Shown one piece after another: positions 63,592 to 64,000 of a DNA stretch of 64,000 bases (position 1 is the first letter of the stretch; every line of letters starts with the position of its first letter). The notes under the pieces are model-generated. The model was not told the DNA's origin. It saw only the letters and a program-made list of their open reading frames with translations, and made no database searches. The DNA is from Leucoraja erinacea. Taxonomy: Eukaryota. The stretch covers positions 86,118,001 to 86,182,000 of the forward strand of contig NC_073382.1 in assembly GCF_028641065.1 (NCBI RefSeq). The letters are read 5' to 3'. A program made the translations under genes and the position numbers.

Positions 63592-63894
63592 GTGAGTGTG
63601 GGTGGGGATGGTCCCTCCTTGAGGAATGGGTTTCATTGCTCGGGTCAGGAATTTTACATTGAAACCGAAAGTGATGTTATCCATAATTAAAGACAACATG
63701 AAAATGAGATGAAGTTGTGGGCAGTGAGGGAGGTTGTGAATGGATGCAACGGGATATAGATTAGTTGAGTATTAGAGCAGAGAAATGGCAGATTGCGCTT
63801 AAATGTACAAGGATGACGTGATCCATTCCAAGAGACCAAATGCACTCGGGAAGTACACAGTAAATGGCAGGACACTCAGGGGCATTGATGACAA

Positions 63895-64000
63895 GGTCGT
63901 CAGATCTTTATTCCTGGGATGGATTTGTCCAATACCAGAGGTTTAAGGTGAGAAGGAGAAGGTTTAAAGGAGAGTTATGAGGTGAGTTTTGAGAACTTGA
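63895..64000 (+). repeat. Acceptor-proximal flank of a probable 24th SRCR exon just beyond the window
   Basis: ggagagttatgaggtgagttttgagaacttga is identical to the sequence about 30-65 nt upstream of exons 9, 13 and 22. Confidence 0.8.

Overview
Eukaryotic (vertebrate) genomic DNA. The repeat content (HE1/V-SINE-like SINEs, CR1, Rex1/Babar, Penelope-like palindromes) suggests a cartilaginous fish such as a skate or ray; this is inference. The whole window is the interior of a tandem array of 23 near-identical 315-nt exons on the + strand. Each encodes one complete 8-cysteine (group B) scavenger receptor cysteine-rich (SRCR) domain, is flanked by ttgcag / gtgagt splice sites, and is symmetrical phase 1-1. 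A 24th acceptor flank begins at the window end. 22 exons are open; exon 2 carries a -1/+1 indel pair with an in-frame TAA. No signal peptide, CUB, ZP, transmembrane or convincing linker exon is visible, so the gene (DMBT1/CD163/WC1-like superfamily) cannot be named. Introns are built from co-duplicated degenerate retroelement pieces. They show a ~2.05 kb monomer, a 4-exon ~8.6 kb higher-order duplication and several deletions. Later insertions are a Ty3/Gypsy element with both LTRs, PBS, PPT and TSD, a DIRS element with its internal complementary region, CR1 LINEs (one nested), Rex1/Babar LINEs, Helitron pieces and a TIR-flanked 2.9 kb composite. Most notable: a frame-preserving, loop-diversified SRCR cassette array that lacks the usual acidic CDD motif, where most cassettes also carry a read-through stop plus poly(A) hexamer and many introns hold a palindromic element.
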